Assembly (NCBI GenBank): GCA_963729625.1
Contig: CAVSOU010000008.1
Coordinates: 608,001 to 672,000 of the forward strand
Length of the DNA: 64,000 nt
Origin: an uncultured bacterium
GTDB lineage: Bacteria; Chloroflexota; UBA5177; JANWHV01
Direction: 5' to 3'
Shown: one piece after another, positions 40,051-49,721 of the stretch
How the letters are laid out: each line of letters begins with the position of its first letter
How positions within the stretch are numbered: position 1 is the first letter of the stretch
The notes under the pieces: generated by a model
Databases searched by the model: none
Told to the model about the DNA's origin: nothing
What the model saw: only the letters and a program-made list of their open reading frames with translations
Made by a program: the position numbers and the translations under genes

Positions 40051-41011
40051 GGTAAAGGACCTCATCGTCGACTACGTTGGTGAGACCAGCAGCGTGCGTG
40101 CCGTCGATCGCGTGAGTCTGCGCCTGGGCAGCGGCGAGTTTCTCGGCATCGTCGGCGAGTCCGGCTGTGGAAAGTCGACGCTCTGCTTCGGCATCGCGCG
40201 GTTGCTCACGCCGCCGGCCGAGATCGTGGGCGGCAGCGTGTCGTTTGCCGGAAGGGACCTGGTACAGCTGCACGAGGGGCAGCTGCGGCACATGCGCTGG
40301 CGCGACTTCTCCGTCGTCATGCAGAGCGCGATGAACGCGCTTAATCCCGTGATGACAGTCGGCGCGCAGCTCTCCGACGCCATTCAGGCCCACGAGCGTA
40401 TGCCGAAGGAGAGGGTGCGCGATCGCGCGGCCGCGGTGCTGCACCTGGTCGGCATCGATCCAATGCATCTGCGTAGCTACCCGCACCAGCTCAGCGGAGG
40501 CATGCGCCAGCGGGCCATGATTGCCATGGCCCTGGTGTTCACGCCGAGCTTGATCATCATGGATGAGCCCACGTCGGCGCTGGATGTGGTGGGCCAGCGG
40601 GCCCTGATGAAGCAGATTCTCGAGTTGCAGCGGCAGCTCGGCTTTGCGGTCATTTTTGTGACCCATGACATGTCGCTCGTCAGCAACTTCGCGGATCGCG
40701 TGGCGATCATGTATGCCGGGCAGGTCGTGGAGCTGGGCTCCACGCGGGCGCTGTTCGGGGACCCCAAGCATCCATACAGTGTTGGGCTGCTGCAGGCCTT
40801 CCCATCGATTCACGGTCCAAAGCAGCACCTGATGGGTATACCTGGCAGCCCACCCGATCTGCGATATCCGCCACCCGGCTGCCGCTTCAACCAACGCTGT
40901 CCCGCAGTGTACGAGCGTTGCCTGGCGGTGGAACCGCCCGCCCACGTATTGCCTGACCGAGACATCGTGCGTTGCCATCTGTTTGCCAGACAGGAGGCTG
41001 GGGTCGGATGA
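40025..41011 (+). CDS. ABC ATP-binding protein (OppD-like)
   Basis: GESGCGKS, YPHQLSGGMRQR and the C-terminal GCRF..RC motif. Confidence 0.94.
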   Translation: MDGASTILEVKDLIVDYVGETSSVRAVDRVSLRLGSGEFLGIVGESGCGKSTLCFGIARLLTPPAEIVGGSVSFAGRDLVQLHEGQLRHMRWRDFSVVMQSAMNALNPVMTVGAQLSDAIQAHERMPKERVRDRAAAVLHLVGIDPMHLRSYPHQLSGGMRQRAMIAMALVFTPSLIIMDEPTSALDVVGQRALMKQILELQRQLGFAVIFVTHDMSLVSNFADRVAIMYAGQVVELGSTRALFGDPKHPYSVGLLQAFPSIHGPKQHLMGIPGSPPDLRYPPPGCRFNQRCPAVYERCLAVEPPAHVLPDRDIVRCHLFARQEAGVG

Positions 41012-42048
41012 TGACCAGCACCGCGCCGACAGCCGAGACGGAAACCGCCACTTCCGGGCCAATCCTGGAGGCTCGAGGCCTGACAAAACACTTCACCGTC
41101 GGTGGTTTTCACATGCCGTTTTCCCAGCACCGGAGGCTGCACGCCGTCGACGGCGTGGATCTGGCAATCAACCCGCGAGAGATCGTGGCGCTGGTGGGCG
41201 AGAGCGGGAGCGGCAAGAGTACGGTGGCGCGCCTGCTGGCTATGCTGTATCGCCCTACCAGGGGAGAGATTCTCTATCGCGGTCGTACGCTGGGGTCGCT
41301 GCGGTCGCGGCGTGCGCTGATGGTCTATCGCAGTCACGTGCAGATGGTGTTGCAGGATCCATACAGCTCGATCAATCCGGTTTATCCGGCCACACACGGC
41401 ATTTTTCGCGCGCTGCAGCTTCACGCATCCGATCTGAGCGCGAAGGAGCGCCATGAGATCGTGGAACGGACGCTGGCGATCGTGGGCCTGGCGCCGGCGG
41501 CCGAGTTCTTGCACAAGTACCCGTATGAGCTGAGCGGCGGCCAGCGGCAGCGCATCGGCTTTGCCACGGCACTCGCGTGCGGTCCCGAGCTTATACTGGC
41601 CGATGAGCCGGTGTCCATGCTCGACGTTTCCATCCGAATCGGCCTGCTGAACCTGATGGCCGAGCTGCGTGATAAGCAAGGCGTGTCGTTCCTTTACATC
41701 ACCCATGACATTGCCAGCGCACGCTACGTGGCCGATCGCATGTTTGTCATGTATGGCGGGCACGTGGTGGAGCGGGGCCCGGTGGAAGGTGTCCTGGCCC
41801 ACGCAAAGCATCCGTACACGCAGTTGCTGCTGTCGGCAGTGCCCGATCCCCGTGCGGAGGTTACCGTTGGGCCGTCGAGCGAGACAGGCGAGCCGCCTCG
41901 AGTGGTCAACCCCAAGGAAGGGTGCCGATTCCGGGAGCGCTGCCCCCTGGCAGTCACCGAGTGCAGCCGCGTCACGCCCCGGCTGCGCGAAGTGCGCCTC
42001 CAGCATTTCGTCGCCTGTCATGTAGCCACCGGAGACGACGCTGCCTAG
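41008..42048 (+). CDS. ABC ATP-binding protein (OppF-like)
   Basis: GESGSGKS, YPYELSGGQRQR and DEPVSMLDVS motifs. Confidence 0.94.
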   Translation: MMTSTAPTAETETATSGPILEARGLTKHFTVGGFHMPFSQHRRLHAVDGVDLAINPREIVALVGESGSGKSTVARLLAMLYRPTRGEILYRGRTLGSLRSRRALMVYRSHVQMVLQDPYSSINPVYPATHGIFRALQLHASDLSAKERHEIVERTLAIVGLAPAAEFLHKYPYELSGGQRQRIGFATALACGPELILADEPVSMLDVSIRIGLLNLMAELRDKQGVSFLYITHDIASARYVADRMFVMYGGHVVERGPVEGVLAHAKHPYTQLLLSAVPDPRAEVTVGPSSETGEPPRVVNPKEGCRFRERCPLAVTECSRVTPRLREVRLQHFVACHVATGDDAA

Positions 42049-42093
42049 GATCGAGAACAGTCCTTCACGACATCGAAAGGAAAACAACCTGGA

Positions 42094-43512
42094 ATGAAGT
42101 CGATCAAAGTTGTGATCATCGGGGCCGGAAGCGCCAGTTTCGGCTTGAGCTCGCTGGCAACGCTGCTGCGTGAGCCGACCTTACGCGGTGGCACACTCGC
42201 GCTCGTGGACCTCAACGCCGACGGTTTGCGCTTGGTCCACCGGCTGGCAGAGCGTATGAATCAGGCGTGGGGCTCGGGGCTGACCATCGAGAGCAATACG
42301 GATCGCCGGGCTCTGCTCGACGGCGCCGACTTCGTAGCCTGCACGATTGAGGTTGGGCCGCGCGAGGAGCTCTGGCGGGAGGATTGGGAGCTTACGCTTC
42401 GTCACGGCTTGCGCCAGCCCTACGCCGAGAACGGCGGTCCCGGTGGATTTGCGCATGCGGCGCGAAACGTTCCCCAGATCCTGGATATCGCACGGGACAT
42501 GGAAGAGCTGTGCCCGAATGCGCTATTCCTCAATCTCACGAATCCGGTGCCGCGCCTGTGCCGTGCCCTGAACAAGTACACGTCTATCAAAACGGTGGGC
42601 CTTTGCCATCAGATAGGCTACGGCTATCTGATGGCCGCAGTGGCACTCGCCGACCACCTCGGCCTGGAGCTGCCGGCGCCGCTGCGGGACCCACACACAG
42701 CGCACACGCGTGCCTACTGGGACGAGATTGCGTCGTTCCGCGCACAACTCGAGAGTCTTGTCGACATCAAGGCAGGCGGCTTGAACCATTTCACCTGGAT
42801 GCTCGACGTGCGCGACCGGCGGACCGGCGAGGACCTCTACCCCTTATTGAGGGAACGCATCTTGAGCGACAAGACCGGGCGCGAGCCGCTGACAAGAGAC
42901 ATGCTGCGGCTGACCGGCTATATGCCGGTACCCGGGGATACCCACCTGAGCGAGTACCTGCATTACACCCACAACCCGGTGACGAAACCCTGGGAGCGAT
43001 ACGATTTGCAGCTCTATCCCTGGGATGAAGCGGCAGCGGATCGCGATGCGGGCTGGCTGCAAATCGCTCGCCTTGCGGACGAGGGTGGCCCGGAATTGAG
43101 CGATCTTCGCGCCGTCCAGAGCGAGGGTTTGTTTGAGGTCATTGACGGTGTCGCGCACAATACTAACGCGTACCGTGATGCCGCGGATGTTGCCAACGAC
43201 GGTGCGATCACGAACCTTCCGGATTACACGGTCGTGGAGACACCGGTAGTGATCAGCGGCATGGGCGTGCTCCCCGTGCGCGTGGGCGCGCTGCCACCGG
43301 TTGTCGCGGAGCTTTGCCGGCGTGAGGCCGAACGCGTGGAGCTAGTGGTTGACGCGGCGGTGACCGGTGACCGGGATGTGGCGCTGCAGGCTCTGGCGAT
43401 CGATCCGACAGTCGACGATATGGACGTTGCCCGCGCGGTGCTCGATGACATCCTGGAGACGCACCGGGTCAACCTGCCGCAGTTTCACGATCGCTGGCAC
43501 TGGCGGCAGTAG
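42094..43512 (+). CDS. Family 4 glycoside hydrolase (alpha-galactosidase/glucosidase-like)
   Basis: IGAGSASF, GGPGG, NLTNP, GLCH and GLNHFTW motifs. Confidence 0.92.
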   Translation: MKSIKVVIIGAGSASFGLSSLATLLREPTLRGGTLALVDLNADGLRLVHRLAERMNQAWGSGLTIESNTDRRALLDGADFVACTIEVGPREELWREDWELTLRHGLRQPYAENGGPGGFAHAARNVPQILDIARDMEELCPNALFLNLTNPVPRLCRALNKYTSIKTVGLCHQIGYGYLMAAVALADHLGLELPAPLRDPHTAHTRAYWDEIASFRAQLESLVDIKAGGLNHFTWMLDVRDRRTGEDLYPLLRERILSDKTGREPLTRDMLRLTGYMPVPGDTHLSEYLHYTHNPVTKPWERYDLQLYPWDEAAADRDAGWLQIARLADEGGPELSDLRAVQSEGLFEVIDGVAHNTNAYRDAADVANDGAITNLPDYTVVETPVVISGMGVLPVRVGALPPVVAELCRREAERVELVVDAAVTGDRDVALQALAIDPTVDDMDVARAVLDDILETHRVNLPQFHDRWHWRQ

Positions 43513-43811
43513 ACCGGCGTACACACGACCTCGAGATCCACTTCGAAGTAGCCGCGCGATAAGCGGTTACGCATAGCGTAAATAATCGGCCACGGGACCT
43601 CCGGATGCTGGGCGACGAACTCCGGATCCACGCGCTCGATGTCCTTGGCTGCCTCGCCGATGATCTCGATGTTGCGAATCACCGCGTCGTGTGTCTTGTC
43701 GTCTCTCAGGAATTCGGCTGCTCCGCCCTGCACGTACCTCGATATTCGCGCAAAAGCTTGGAGCATGTGATCGAGGTACTCGGCAACCCGAGCCGCCCTG
43801 TGCTCGCTCAA
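43485..43811 (-). pseudogene. HepT/DUF86 RNase toxin, degenerate
   Basis: DAVIRNIEIIGEAA and HPEVPW are present; the RX4H motif reads RNRLSR; the C-terminus breaks after VDLEVV. Confidence 0.8.
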
Positions 43812-44020
43812 ACAGCCGCCGCCTCTCTCAGTACCCGTTCCCGGAACCTGCTCGGCAGAAACCTCGGGGTGACGACGTCAACCCGCATCCCGAGTAGCGC
43901 TTCCGCCTCCACTTGAAGCGCGGCCAGATCCATGAGCGACGTGACCGGCGACGGGTCGACAAGTAAGTCGAGATCGCTTTCCTCGGTGTCGTCTGCGAGT
44001 CCCTCCGGCGCGTGCTGTTC
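43808..44020 (-). pseudogene. MNT nucleotidyltransferase antitoxin, 5'-truncated
   Basis: ESDLDLLVD...LLGMRVDVVT...RERVLREA is present; the N-terminal FGS motif is absent. Confidence 0.75.
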
Positions 44021-44039
44021 GACGACAAGGCGGGTGCCG

Positions 44040-44190
44040 GCCGTCTGGCGGAGGCAACCAGCCAGGTCAGGCAGGCCAGCAAGCAGATCGCTCGTGCCAT
44101 CGAAGACGTGGCATGCGGCACCGGCGAGCTCGCATGTCTGGCCACTCGGCTCAAGGAGCTGGTTGGACAATTCAGGCTGGATGTAGCAAG
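44040..44190 (+). pseudogene. Methyl-accepting chemotaxis protein signalling-domain fragment
   Basis: ATSQVRQASKQIARAIEDVA.G and ELA.LATRLKELVGQFRL heptads typical of an MCP C-terminus. Confidence 0.55.
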
Positions 44191-44318
44191 CTCGATCCAG
44201 ATCGCTCCGGCAGCCGGCGAGGCGCCGGGGCAGCCAGGTCGGCGTGCGCGCCGGTACGGTGTGCACAGCGCCTGATTGAGAGGACGCCTGCCAGCAGACT
44301 CATTGACATGCACACCTC

Positions 44319-44891
44319 TTGCTGCTAGAGTCGTGCGCAGTACGCCACCCCGCGGAGTTACATCTGATCGTCGGGCGAGTGGAGCAGCATCATACCAGGG
44401 TGGCTGGTCCGACAGTGCCGCACAGAACGCCGCTGGAGGTACTCGATACAGTGCCCACGCCGCGCCGGAACTTCTGGGTCGATATGCTCAGCGATCAAGG
44501 TCCAGGTCCGCCCACGCAAACGCCGATCCCGCCGGCGCCGACCAGGGCAGGAGATGCGCCGCTCCCGTCTTCGACCGCGGAACCGTTGGTGCCGCGCGCA
44601 GCGGAATGCGCATCTGCTGTGCTACCGCGTGCGGCGCAGGATGGGCAACGCAGATTGCGTGACCAGAAGGACACCCCGCCCGTCTCCAGCCATCACGGGC
44701 ATCCCGACCTGAAACCGCCGGACGCAATTGCCGAAATGGAAGCAATGGTGGCAAACGATGCCGACAATACCAAACTACGTCGCGAGCTGAGCATCCTTTA
44801 TCTAAAGGTAGGTCGGATTACCGAGGCCAGGGAGCAAGCGCGCAGGGCTGAGGAATTGCGAGCGCACCGGAAGCCGGACGTGCAACGTTAG
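44319..44891 (+). CDS. Hypothetical protein, Pro-rich with one C-terminal TPR-like unit (possible fragment)
   Basis: DADNTKLRRELSILYLKVGRITEAREQARRAEEL; start uncertain. Confidence 0.45.
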   Translation: MLLESCAVRHPAELHLIVGRVEQHHTRVAGPTVPHRTPLEVLDTVPTPRRNFWVDMLSDQGPGPPTQTPIPPAPTRAGDAPLPSSTAEPLVPRAAECASAVLPRAAQDGQRRLRDQKDTPPVSSHHGHPDLKPPDAIAEMEAMVANDADNTKLRRELSILYLKVGRITEAREQARRAEELRAHRKPDVQR

Positions 44892-45041
44892 CGCCGCTCT
44901 GGAGCAGAAGCTCGTGCCGTCTGCTGTAAGCGTTCACCGTCAGGCTGTCCGCACATCAGCCGCTCGGAAGGCGCGTTCCGCGGCGTCCTGACCGGGTTGA
45001 TCCGTGCAGCACTGCTGCCCTGATGACGCCATCGCAGAGGG

Positions 45042-46460
45042 CTACTGGCGCGGCGATCCAGAGGCTTGCGGCACGCGCTCGCTCTCGTCGCTAGGGGTCC
45101 TGGGCGGCACGCCGTCGGGCTGGGCAGACTGTACGCCGTGCGCTTCGGCCTCGCTCTGCGCCAGATGGCGCTGGTGAAGGATCGGCCGCAGCAGCTCGTC
45201 TCGTGCTTGCTCCACATTGGCGAGTCGCTCGGGTACGTTTCCCATGGCCCACCTGCGAAGGCGTGAGTCCGCCAACTTGGCGGCGCGCGATTCGTTCGAC
45301 AGCTTGCCTTTCTGCCGGCGCAGCCCGCTGGCGCTGGCGTTTTGCACGAGATCCATGAACCAGGGCGAGCCGACAGGCTTCCGTACAGGTAATGGCAAGG
45401 AGCGACCGGTGAGGTTGAAGTACACCGCCATGCCAATTACATAAAGCATTCCGGCGACCGGAACCGCAAACAGGGCGCCGATGATGCCGTCAAGCTCGAT
45501 GCCGACAAGCAGCGCCATGAGCGCGCCCAGCGGATGAAGCCCCACGGCGTGGCCGGTGATGCGCGGACCGATCACGTTGGATTCAAGCTGCTGAATCAAG
45601 AGGAAATACAGCGCGACCCAGAAGGTAAGCGGCCAGGGATTGCCGGAAAGAGCGGCAATGGCTACGGCAGGCATCGAAGACAGCCATGGGCCCAGCATCG
45701 GTATCAACTCCAGAATGGCGGAGAGCACGCCGATGAGAACCGGATACTGCACGCCCAGAAGAGCCGTACCTACACCGGCCATGGTGCCGATGGTCAGGCC
45801 CATAAGCAGCTGGCCCCTCAGGTAGCCGCCGAGCACCTCGTTGATGGTGGCTTCGACGAACCCGACTCGGCTCAGCTGGCTGTCGGGAACCAGCTCATAC
45901 AGGCGCTCCTTGAGTCTCTCGCCATCGAGGAGCAAGTAAAAGGCGATGACCAGCGTCAGCACCAGGTTGACCAAGAAGTTAAAGGATGCCTGGACCAGCG
46001 TGGTCAGATTGTTGACCACATCGGATCCGAAGCTGGTCACGTACGCGGATGCCTGCGCCTTCACTTTGTCAAGGCTACCCAGCTTCTCCTTCTGCAGCCA
46101 CTTGTCGAGCGCGTTCAGCCACTTGTTGACCTGGGGCTGCATCTTATCCAGTTGTTTTGGCAGGTCATTGGTCAGCGTCTTGATCTGGTCGATCAACGGC
46201 GTGAACAGAAAGTACCCCACGATCGAAAGCGCCCCGAGCACCGCGATATAGACCATTAGAATGGCGAGCGGTTTGGGAATGCCGGCCTGGTGCAGACGCT
46301 TCACTCCAGGGCTGAGCACGAAAGCGACAATTGCGCCCATCAGAAACAGCATGAGCGGGTAAACGACGCGCAGGACAATCTGCCAGCACACATAGCCGAT
46401 TGCCGCGGCCATGATGATGGCAAGCAATATCTTTAGTGTGCGATCGACGTCAAAGCGCAT
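45042..46460 (-). CDS. AI-2E (PerM) family transporter
   Basis: FYLLLDG, GYLRGQL, LIPMLGP, QQLESNVIGPRI and GLHP motifs. Confidence 0.92.
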   Translation of the reverse strand: MRFDVDRTLKILLAIIMAAAIGYVCWQIVLRVVYPLMLFLMGAIVAFVLSPGVKRLHQAGIPKPLAILMVYIAVLGALSIVGYFLFTPLIDQIKTLTNDLPKQLDKMQPQVNKWLNALDKWLQKEKLGSLDKVKAQASAYVTSFGSDVVNNLTTLVQASFNFLVNLVLTLVIAFYLLLDGERLKERLYELVPDSQLSRVGFVEATINEVLGGYLRGQLLMGLTIGTMAGVGTALLGVQYPVLIGVLSAILELIPMLGPWLSSMPAVAIAALSGNPWPLTFWVALYFLLIQQLESNVIGPRITGHAVGLHPLGALMALLVGIELDGIIGALFAVPVAGMLYVIGMAVYFNLTGRSLPLPVRKPVGSPWFMDLVQNASASGLRRQKGKLSNESRAAKLADSRLRRWAMGNVPERLANVEQARDELLRPILHQRHLAQSEAEAHGVQSAQPDGVPPRTPSDESERVPQASGSPRQ

Positions 46461-46717
46461 GCAGAACTACCGGTCACTATGCGTACCTACGAGCCCATGA
46501 TACATGGTGGTCTACCATCGCGCACCTACGATACGCGCATATTTCCGGCCCTAACCGGTCATCAGGAGAGCCCGGCGAGTGATTCTCAGGCCTGGCATGA
46601 CGGCGGTATCAATCGGCTGGTTTCTTGATGTCTGCTACCCTTGTTTCAATCGGTGACGCATGCCATGCTCTTTCCGAGTAGCAGCGAACGATGTGAATCA
46701 TAATCCAAGGTCTAGAG

Positions 46718-47590
46718 ATGTCGCGTACGGTCGAGGAAGTGCGGGCGTACTACGAGCACCAGCCAGAACGCGAATGGTACCGCTTGATACGCCATCGCGT
46801 GGAGTACGCTGTCACGCTGCGCGCGTTGCGCGACATATTGCCAGGGCAAGCGCGCATTCTTGATGTTGGCGGCGGCCCCGGCCGCTATGCCGTGGCCCTT
46901 AGCGCCGCGGGCCACGCCGTAACCCTCGTGGACATTTCGCCCCGCCTGTTGGAGCGCGCGCGCGCCCATGCCGCAGAGCGGAAGGTAGGCCTGGTTGCGA
47001 CCGTGGAGGCCTCCGCAACCGATCTCGCGTGCTTCGATTCGTCCAGCTTCGACGCCGTGCTGCTGCTAGGACCCCTCTACCATCTGCCGGATGAATGCGA
47101 ACGGAAGCAGGCCGTGCAGGAGGCGTTCCGCCTGCTCATCCCGGGCGGCATGTTGGCGGCTTCGTTCCTCACCAGATACGGTCCCCTGCGCCGGCTTGCC
47201 CAAAGCGATCCCCGACTGTTGCTTCGCTTTCCCACGCGGTATGAGACACTGCTGGAGCATGGGGTTCTGTCCGGTCCACCACTTGGCGACGAGGCCGTGC
47301 AGGGGTATTACGCCCGGCCGGACGAGGTTGGCCCTCTCCTGGCCGATGCCGGGTTCGAGCTGCTTCGATTGCTGGCGGTCGAGAGCATTCTCAACGCCGG
47401 CGACGAAAGGGTTGCGGCGCTGCATGGCCCCGAGTGGCGTGCGTGGGCTGACCTGCTGTACGATCTGGCCGACGATCCCGGCCTGCTGGCTTCGGCCACG
47501 CACATTCTGGCCGTCGGTGTTCGACCCCAGCCCTCCATCGATGTCCGCGCATCGCAGCGGGGAGCCGTGCCACGGGACGAAGCAGGGTGA
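46718..47590 (+). CDS. Class I SAM-dependent methyltransferase
   Basis: ILDVGGGPGRY and FDAVLLLGPLYHL motifs. Confidence 0.9.
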   Translation: MSRTVEEVRAYYEHQPEREWYRLIRHRVEYAVTLRALRDILPGQARILDVGGGPGRYAVALSAAGHAVTLVDISPRLLERARAHAAERKVGLVATVEASATDLACFDSSSFDAVLLLGPLYHLPDECERKQAVQEAFRLLIPGGMLAASFLTRYGPLRRLAQSDPRLLLRFPTRYETLLEHGVLSGPPLGDEAVQGYYARPDEVGPLLADAGFELLRLLAVESILNAGDERVAALHGPEWRAWADLLYDLADDPGLLASATHILAVGVRPQPSIDVRASQRGAVPRDEAG

Positions 47591-48540
47591 ATGCGAAGGC
47601 CTCGATCGTCCTCCGCGGCATCATCGCCTGTGTGCTCGCGTGCGCGTGCCTCGACGCGTCGTCGTCGCCGATACGTGGGGCAGCGCCGCATGGATTCCTC
47701 GTCCTGGTGACCTCCATGCCCGCTACGTTCACCGGCAAGGGGCAAAGCGCGCTGTGGCGATCAACGCCAGACGGCACGGCGACGCGGCTGCTGACGCGTG
47801 CCGGGGCGGGCGCGCTCTCAGACCCGGCGATTGCTCCGGACGAGAGGCACATCGCCTACGTGGCTGACGGCCGCACGCTCTGGCAAATGAGTGCCGACGG
47901 CACGCAGCCCCGGCAGCTGTTCGCGGTACCATCCGGCAGCTCGGGACCGATGATCGATCCGCGGTACTCGCCTGACGGCGCCTCGATTGCCGTCACCGTG
48001 GGATGCTGCGGCAGCTTCACGGTGTCCGACGTCGCTGTCGATGGAAAGCACACGCGGCAGCTGCTTGGCGGCACCGGCATGCACATCTTCCTGGACTGGA
48101 ATCGAACGGGGACTCGCGTGCTCTACCTGGCCAACGGGGCCTTGTGGATCGCCGGCCCGGCCGGCCAAAAGGCACGGCCTCTCGGCGGCGATGCGCCGTC
48201 CGCGGGGAGCTTTCTCGACGCGCGGTACTCGCCGGACGGCACGCATATTGTCGCCACGCTGGTTCCGGCCGCGGGTGAGGAGGCCGCGGCCAATGCGGTC
48301 GTGCTGATGCACGCGGATGGCCAGTACATGACGGTCCTCACGCGGGACGTGCCCTTCGACGTGGGCACACCGAGCTGGAGTCCGGACGGAAAGAGCATCG
48401 CCTTCAGCGTGGGATCGGGCGATGAAGGATCTACGGGCAGGCAGCACGATCTTTGGATCATGCGCTACGACGGGTCGCACAAACAAGACATCACGCATGG
48501 AAAGCTTGGCAGCGTGGTCGACGTGGTCTGGTCGCGATGA
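47587..48540 (+). CDS. Exported TolB/PD40-like beta-propeller protein
   Basis: Signal peptide; repeated P.(Y/W)SPDG..IA motifs. Confidence 0.8.
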   Translation: MNAKASIVLRGIIACVLACACLDASSSPIRGAAPHGFLVLVTSMPATFTGKGQSALWRSTPDGTATRLLTRAGAGALSDPAIAPDERHIAYVADGRTLWQMSADGTQPRQLFAVPSGSSGPMIDPRYSPDGASIAVTVGCCGSFTVSDVAVDGKHTRQLLGGTGMHIFLDWNRTGTRVLYLANGALWIAGPAGQKARPLGGDAPSAGSFLDARYSPDGTHIVATLVPAAGEEAAANAVVLMHADGQYMTVLTRDVPFDVGTPSWSPDGKSIAFSVGSGDEGSTGRQHDLWIMRYDGSHKQDITHGKLGSVVDVVWSR

Positions 48541-49709
48541 TCTCGCTTGGCGGTCGATGGTCGTGGCCGTTACTCCTCAGCACGATTGTGCTGGTGGTCG
48601 GCCTTGCGTCCGGCTGGCGCTTGCTGGAGCGACTCGGCTTCATCCTGGTCGCGTTACTGGCCGTGTGCCTTATCGCGACGCTGATCTCGGCGGTTGCACT
48701 CAGCGCCGAGGGCGCGCCCAAGAGCCGGGCCGTCACGGCCGGAGACATGCTTCTGGTCACCTACACGATTCGAAATCGCGGTTTCTGGCCGGTGGCGTGG
48801 ACGCTGCTCCGGCCTCAGGGTCTGTCGTCGCTGCCTGTCGAAGGCCAGCTTGTGTCCCTACCGTGGCGAGGAAGTCGCCGGCTGGACGTGGCAATCCCGT
48901 GCCCGCGACGCGGGAAATGGGCTGCCGGCGGCTCCGAGCTGCACGCAGGCGATCCATTCGGCTTCTTCGAGCGCGTTCGCACACGGCAAGGCAGCGCAGT
49001 CGTGACCGTCTACCCTCGCCCGATATCGCTACCCGGGCTTCAAGTTGTTACTTTCATTGGCCGCAGCATCGGTCCGCGCGGCGCTCCAAGCCCGCAGCCG
49101 GCAGCATCGGTGCGGGAGGTGCGGCCCTATCGCTCGGGTGACATGCCCTCGCGCATTCATTGGCTTTCCACTGCGCGCCTGGACACACTGATGGTCAAGG
49201 AACCTGAGGGCGAGCCGGCGTCTCACGTCTGGCTGGTCCTCGATCTGCAGACCGGCATACACTACGGCCAGGACGAGGGCGACAGTGTAGAATTGCTCGT
49301 CGGCGCCGCGGCCTACCTGGCCCAGGTGCACCTTCCGAGTCGAATCGCCACCGGACTACTGATCGTGGGACCGGGAACCGTCGTCAAACCCGATTCGCGG
49401 CGCGGGCAGATGCACCACATCCTGGAGACCTTGGCTACCACCGAGCCCCAGCTGGGAAGTGTAGAACACGCCCTGCGCATGCTCCGGTTTCATCATGCGG
49501 CCCAGCACAACACCATCGTCGTGCTCACAACGTGGGCCGACACGCGCTGGGCCGATACATTGCCCACGCTGGCGCAGTCCGGCAACTCGGTGATCTGTGT
49601 GCTGCTCGATACGCCGTCTTCGGGCCGGGGTGACATTCTGGACGTCCAGGCCGATCAGCTGCGCCGAGAGGGCGTGGCCACATATCGGCACACGGCCTGG
49701 GTCACCTGA
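48537..49709 (+). CDS. DUF58 protein
   Basis: GDPFGFF and VRPYRSGD..SRIHWLSTAR...MVKE...LVLD motifs. Confidence 0.9.
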   Translation: MISLGGRWSWPLLLSTIVLVVGLASGWRLLERLGFILVALLAVCLIATLISAVALSAEGAPKSRAVTAGDMLLVTYTIRNRGFWPVAWTLLRPQGLSSLPVEGQLVSLPWRGSRRLDVAIPCPRRGKWAAGGSELHAGDPFGFFERVRTRQGSAVVTVYPRPISLPGLQVVTFIGRSIGPRGAPSPQPAASVREVRPYRSGDMPSRIHWLSTARLDTLMVKEPEGEPASHVWLVLDLQTGIHYGQDEGDSVELLVGAAAYLAQVHLPSRIATGLLIVGPGTVVKPDSRRGQMHHILETLATTEPQLGSVEHALRMLRFHHAAQHNTIVVLTTWADTRWADTLPTLAQSGNSVICVLLDTPSSGRGDILDVQADQLRREGVATYRHTAWVT

Positions 49710-49721
49710 AAGGTCGCAGAC

